Position numbers and translations under genes: made by a program. The notes under the pieces were generated by a model. That model was given only the letters and a program-made list of their open reading frames with translations, was not told the DNA's origin and made no database searches. A DNA stretch of 64,000 nt from Azolla caroliniana (lineage: Eukaryota > Plantae > Polypodiophyta). Positions 61,701 through 64,000 of this stretch are shown piece after piece. The stretch covers positions 1 through 64,000 of the forward strand of contig JBHGNT010000030.1 in the NCBI GenBank assembly GCA_043228905.1, given 5' to 3'. The first letter of the stretch is position 1; every line of letters starts with the position of its first letter.

Positions 61701-63159
61701 CAGTTGCATCTAGCAGTGTGGATGCAAGTGTAGTCAGTAAGCCACCTGGCATGGAGGCATATGAAAAGCATGTGAAAGAAATGTCAAAGCTTCTTGAAGA
61801 ATCTCAGAGAAAAATTGATCAGGTTTTTATTCTTCACTTGAGCTGATCGTGGGCAGGTAGAACAAATAAATGTCATTGTACCCCATGTTAAATTGGTAGA
61901 ACTTTAAGTTTACTTCTTGTTGAATGTTGATCTCAGATGTGCGGATGAAACACTCTGCCAGGGAGGTAAGTATGTGTGCAGAAGGCTAATGACCTGGCTA
62001 GGGTGAACTCATGTGTCATCTGACACCTGCATAGGGCCAAGTCACGTAGATAAACGTGTATCATGTTTAATTCTATCATAAACGCTTCATGACTTGAGGG
62101 TGAAACCTCTTCCGTCAACGTTTAAATATTGCCATTAGTTGATTATCAGCTTGTTAATACTGTTTTGATTAGTTCTTAAGATCACAAAAGTTTACTCTTG
62201 TAGAAGTACATTTTCAGGAAAGCAGTCAGTAGAATCTGTTTTTAGTGTATATAAATTCTTTTGTCATGACTTATCACCTATTCATATTTACTTCAAGTTT
62301 CTGGTTTTGACTTTTCTTTTTGCTTTTTTTTTGAAATTTTCTCTTTTCTCTAAAAGTGGCAGTTCATTGTGTGCTAGTTTACCCCTAGAAGCCATCAAAT
62401 TTGACTCCTATTCTTGTCAGATATCTTCGCAATGTTCTTCACATGTTTTCTGCATTGTTCACTATTTGCCTGAGTTCCAGACTTGTTTTATGACAGTTGG
62501 CAGAAGAGCTGAGAGAAAAAGAAAAGAAAGAAAGACAGGTTCAGGAAGAGCTTGAAGGACTTAAGGACTCCCTTTATGCAGAGGAAAAAGCTATAACTGA
62601 GCTTACTGAAGAACGGGAGAAGTTGCGCAAATTATTGGAGGAAAAAGAGTTTGCACTTGTTGTAAATCTCTTCTTTTCTCTCCATGTCAGCTATTAAACT
62701 TGTATTTGAAAGTTTGCATAACTTTTTTGATGTTCTAAGTTATAGCTGTATATGCAGACGGCCCAGGAAGGAGGTACTGATCCCTGCAATTCTACTATAA
62801 AGAGGACTGTCAGAGGCTCTAAACAAGATAAAGACATTCTACCTACTGAAAAGGATAGAATTTCACAGATCCGTAACCTGGAGACACAGGTAGTTTTTGG
62901 GTCATCATGAAGGGGTAGATATGAGTCTCCATTTCAGAAATAGTTCCTGTACACTGAAACATAATCTTCTCACAGTACCTTATGGAAGTTGATTTCAATG
63001 TTATTGGTTTGACATTGTTAGGTAAATACTCTATGGACTGATCTGAAGGCAAGGACTGATGATCTTCATACAGTGGGGGAGAATGCCAAAAAGCTAGCGA
63101 TTGAGAAACAACTACTTGAACAAAAGGTCAATCGAATGGAGAAGAACAAAAGTGATGAG
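46483..63159 (+). CDS. ZWI: Kinesin-like calmodulin-binding protein (kinesin-14 with MyTH4 and FERM), 5' part; continues beyond the window
   Basis: GT-AG exons with consistent phases: 46483-46589, 56066-56138, 56287-56418, 56502-56740, 57195-57522, 57664-57763, 59177-59358, 60694-60809, 60900-61002, 61097-61249, 61378-61524, 61616-61822, 62497-62661, 62758-62889, 63022-63159. Peptides EDMLCFQ, ELRDEL..QISKQTRNNPDR, AWELMHLCAS, CKLLFKKKLFRE, DDPIGLLPGRIILGINKRGVHFFRPVPKE, QTHINDVMLRRYS match plant KCBP. The motor domain is not reached. Exon 1 is less certain than the others. Confidence 0.95.
48062..48785 (-). mobile_element. 5'-truncated LINE copy
   Basis: ORF2 C-terminus (FYEIRGRYHCLFHQGFG) plus the 3' end GGCCATTTTGGCCTC..TTAATATAT and a (CT)n tail. 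Confidence 0.85.
48786..48874 (-). mobile_element. Very short LINE 3'-end copy
   Basis: Only the ~55-bp terminus, between GAA/AG tracts. Confidence 0.75.
49668..50350 (-). mobile_element. 5'-truncated LINE copy with long (CT)n tail
   Basis: Near-duplicate of 50353-50950. Confidence 0.88.
50590..54223 (-). pseudogene. LINE ORF2 (APE-RT-CCHC), frameshifted
   Basis: Domain motifs are spread over ORF pieces 53507-54223, 52176-52943, 51998-52192, 51442-51867 and 50692-51420. Confidence 0.9.
54230..55294 (-). CDS. LINE ORF1 protein (coiled coil plus RRM-like C-terminus)
   Basis: Intact 354-aa ORF. Coiled coil followed by AWRVGR..ALIIRF..KIYLDDDLTPAQ..GKWA motifs typical of L2/CR1/RTEX-type ORF1. 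Confidence 0.85.
   Translation of the reverse strand: MESEGTDTEKMDLNTHDEGLDLLKTTRRYHRRKGRDLNSVRRAHKEPRTQAPSDIPFDVENGKRDLLRHLIAQEFNRIREDIEIALKEEMKKEIEKQKSELYASIKAELLEEMRKDIISHVEKSHLELKDDMTQYLKDEISSSKVELGAIKVDFEKGQEAVERCISIVKANVTKEMQTWADIAKDAKAQAEHAQNEIKANAPWIEVVKKQKGTSMDRMAMMNATLEEEAKRKARALHVRVVGWAEKGSPQEDAKNLATKIGASDIPFASAWRVGRDESRAKALIIRFMDIDKKKAFLSKRKALKGEKIYLDDDLTPAQVAHRKENMPRVLDARKEGKWAIYRDGKVIITEKRTA
59748..60045 (-). mobile_element. 5'-truncated LINE copy in KCBP intron 7
   Basis: Same 3' terminus (TTAACGTCTTTTAAGAGGCCAAAATGG) and GAAA-repeat tail. Confidence 0.85.
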
Positions 63160-64000
63160 GTAAGTAAACTTTCCATTCATCTGTCTGATATATTTTTCTA
63201 TCTAGCTATGTTTGCATATGCATTTTGAGATCATTCACGTTTTCATCCAGTTTAGACCATTGGTTGTAACTGTCAAGGGGGAGGAGAAAGCTTCGGAAAA
63301 TATGAAGCGAGAAGCTAGCTTCAGAAGATATGAAGCAGCACTCTCTCTTGGATGGTGCAGGGTGTTTTGCTCACTAATACAAGCAAGGAAGAAACGTAAA
63401 TTAGCAGAATAAAAACAAGTTGATTAAGTTAGAATATAACATATGATAGAATCCAAGTATGCAACCCATGGGAGTAGAAAAGTTATATGAATACATGGAA
63501 TTGAAGGTAATAGATGACACACCCGTGGAAAGATTAAGACTAAAAGGGTAGGAAAAAAATGTAAAGGAATCAAAAAGACCTTTCAACATTTTAGTATCCT
63601 TCAGGAGGACAGTGGGTGCCAGGGAGGACAGTTGGAGTAGATGAGGTATTTTCAACATTTTAGTATCCTTCAGGAGCCATCCTATTTCCTCTGTTGTCAA
63701 AAGTTGATCAAAGAAGATAAAAGTGGCATTTGTTTAGAAAATTTTTGAGCTCTTTATATCTTATGATCATCGTGGAAGCAAGCACACCTGATCCTCGACA
63801 GATGCTTACTGTTATTCTGTAGGATCATTCATATATTGTTTTGTACTACTCATTGTATTGTGCATTACCATGCATGTCTTACACTGTCTATAATATACCT
63901 ATATTAATTCTAGTGTGTGTATTGAGGATTGTAAGAGAAGTTTCTCTCACAATTATGTTGTGCTTGTGGTTTGAGAAAGTATAGTGTTCTGTATCATTGG

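Noticed and set aside
63580-63680. 26-bp direct repeat TTCAACATTTTAGTATCCTTCAGGAG
   Set aside because: Isolated intronic duplication.

Overview
Land-plant nuclear DNA. The element types suggest a seed-free plant such as a fern, but that is inference. Bases ~7.2-42.3 kb are a nested retrotransposon cluster. An old Copia (A, 7250-34756) contains: (i) a Gypsy LTR composite (C/H, 10641-24853), into which a young Gypsy (B, 10668-23513) inserted, into which a very young Tnt1/Tork-like Copia (D, 15837-21311, minus) inserted; (ii) a truncated Tcn1-like chromovirus (E, minus) carrying a solo LTR (F) and fused to the 3' end of another B-type Gypsy (G), whose LTR region holds an antisense ORF; (iii) a ~950-bp AT-rich insertion. 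A second Copia (I, 35506-42342, minus) interrupts a PPR remnant and carries a hAT MITE and a solo LTR. From 46483 onward lies the 5' part (15 phase-consistent exons; MyTH4-FERM-coiled coil) of a kinesin-like calmodulin-binding protein gene (KCBP/ZWI). Its 9.5-kb first intron holds a full-length antisense RTEX-like LINE and several truncated copies. The most notable signal is the B-type Gypsy group, which shows: repeated 4-bp ACGT target duplications; a tRNA-Trp PBS; a -1 frameshift site with a predicted pseudoknot between protease and RT; antisense tRNA-like Pol III A/B boxes inside the LTRs (also present in the unrelated chromovirus LTR); a covarying pre-PPT hairpin; and, in one member, a protein-coding ORF apparently inside the LTR. 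All coordinates and identities were read by eye.
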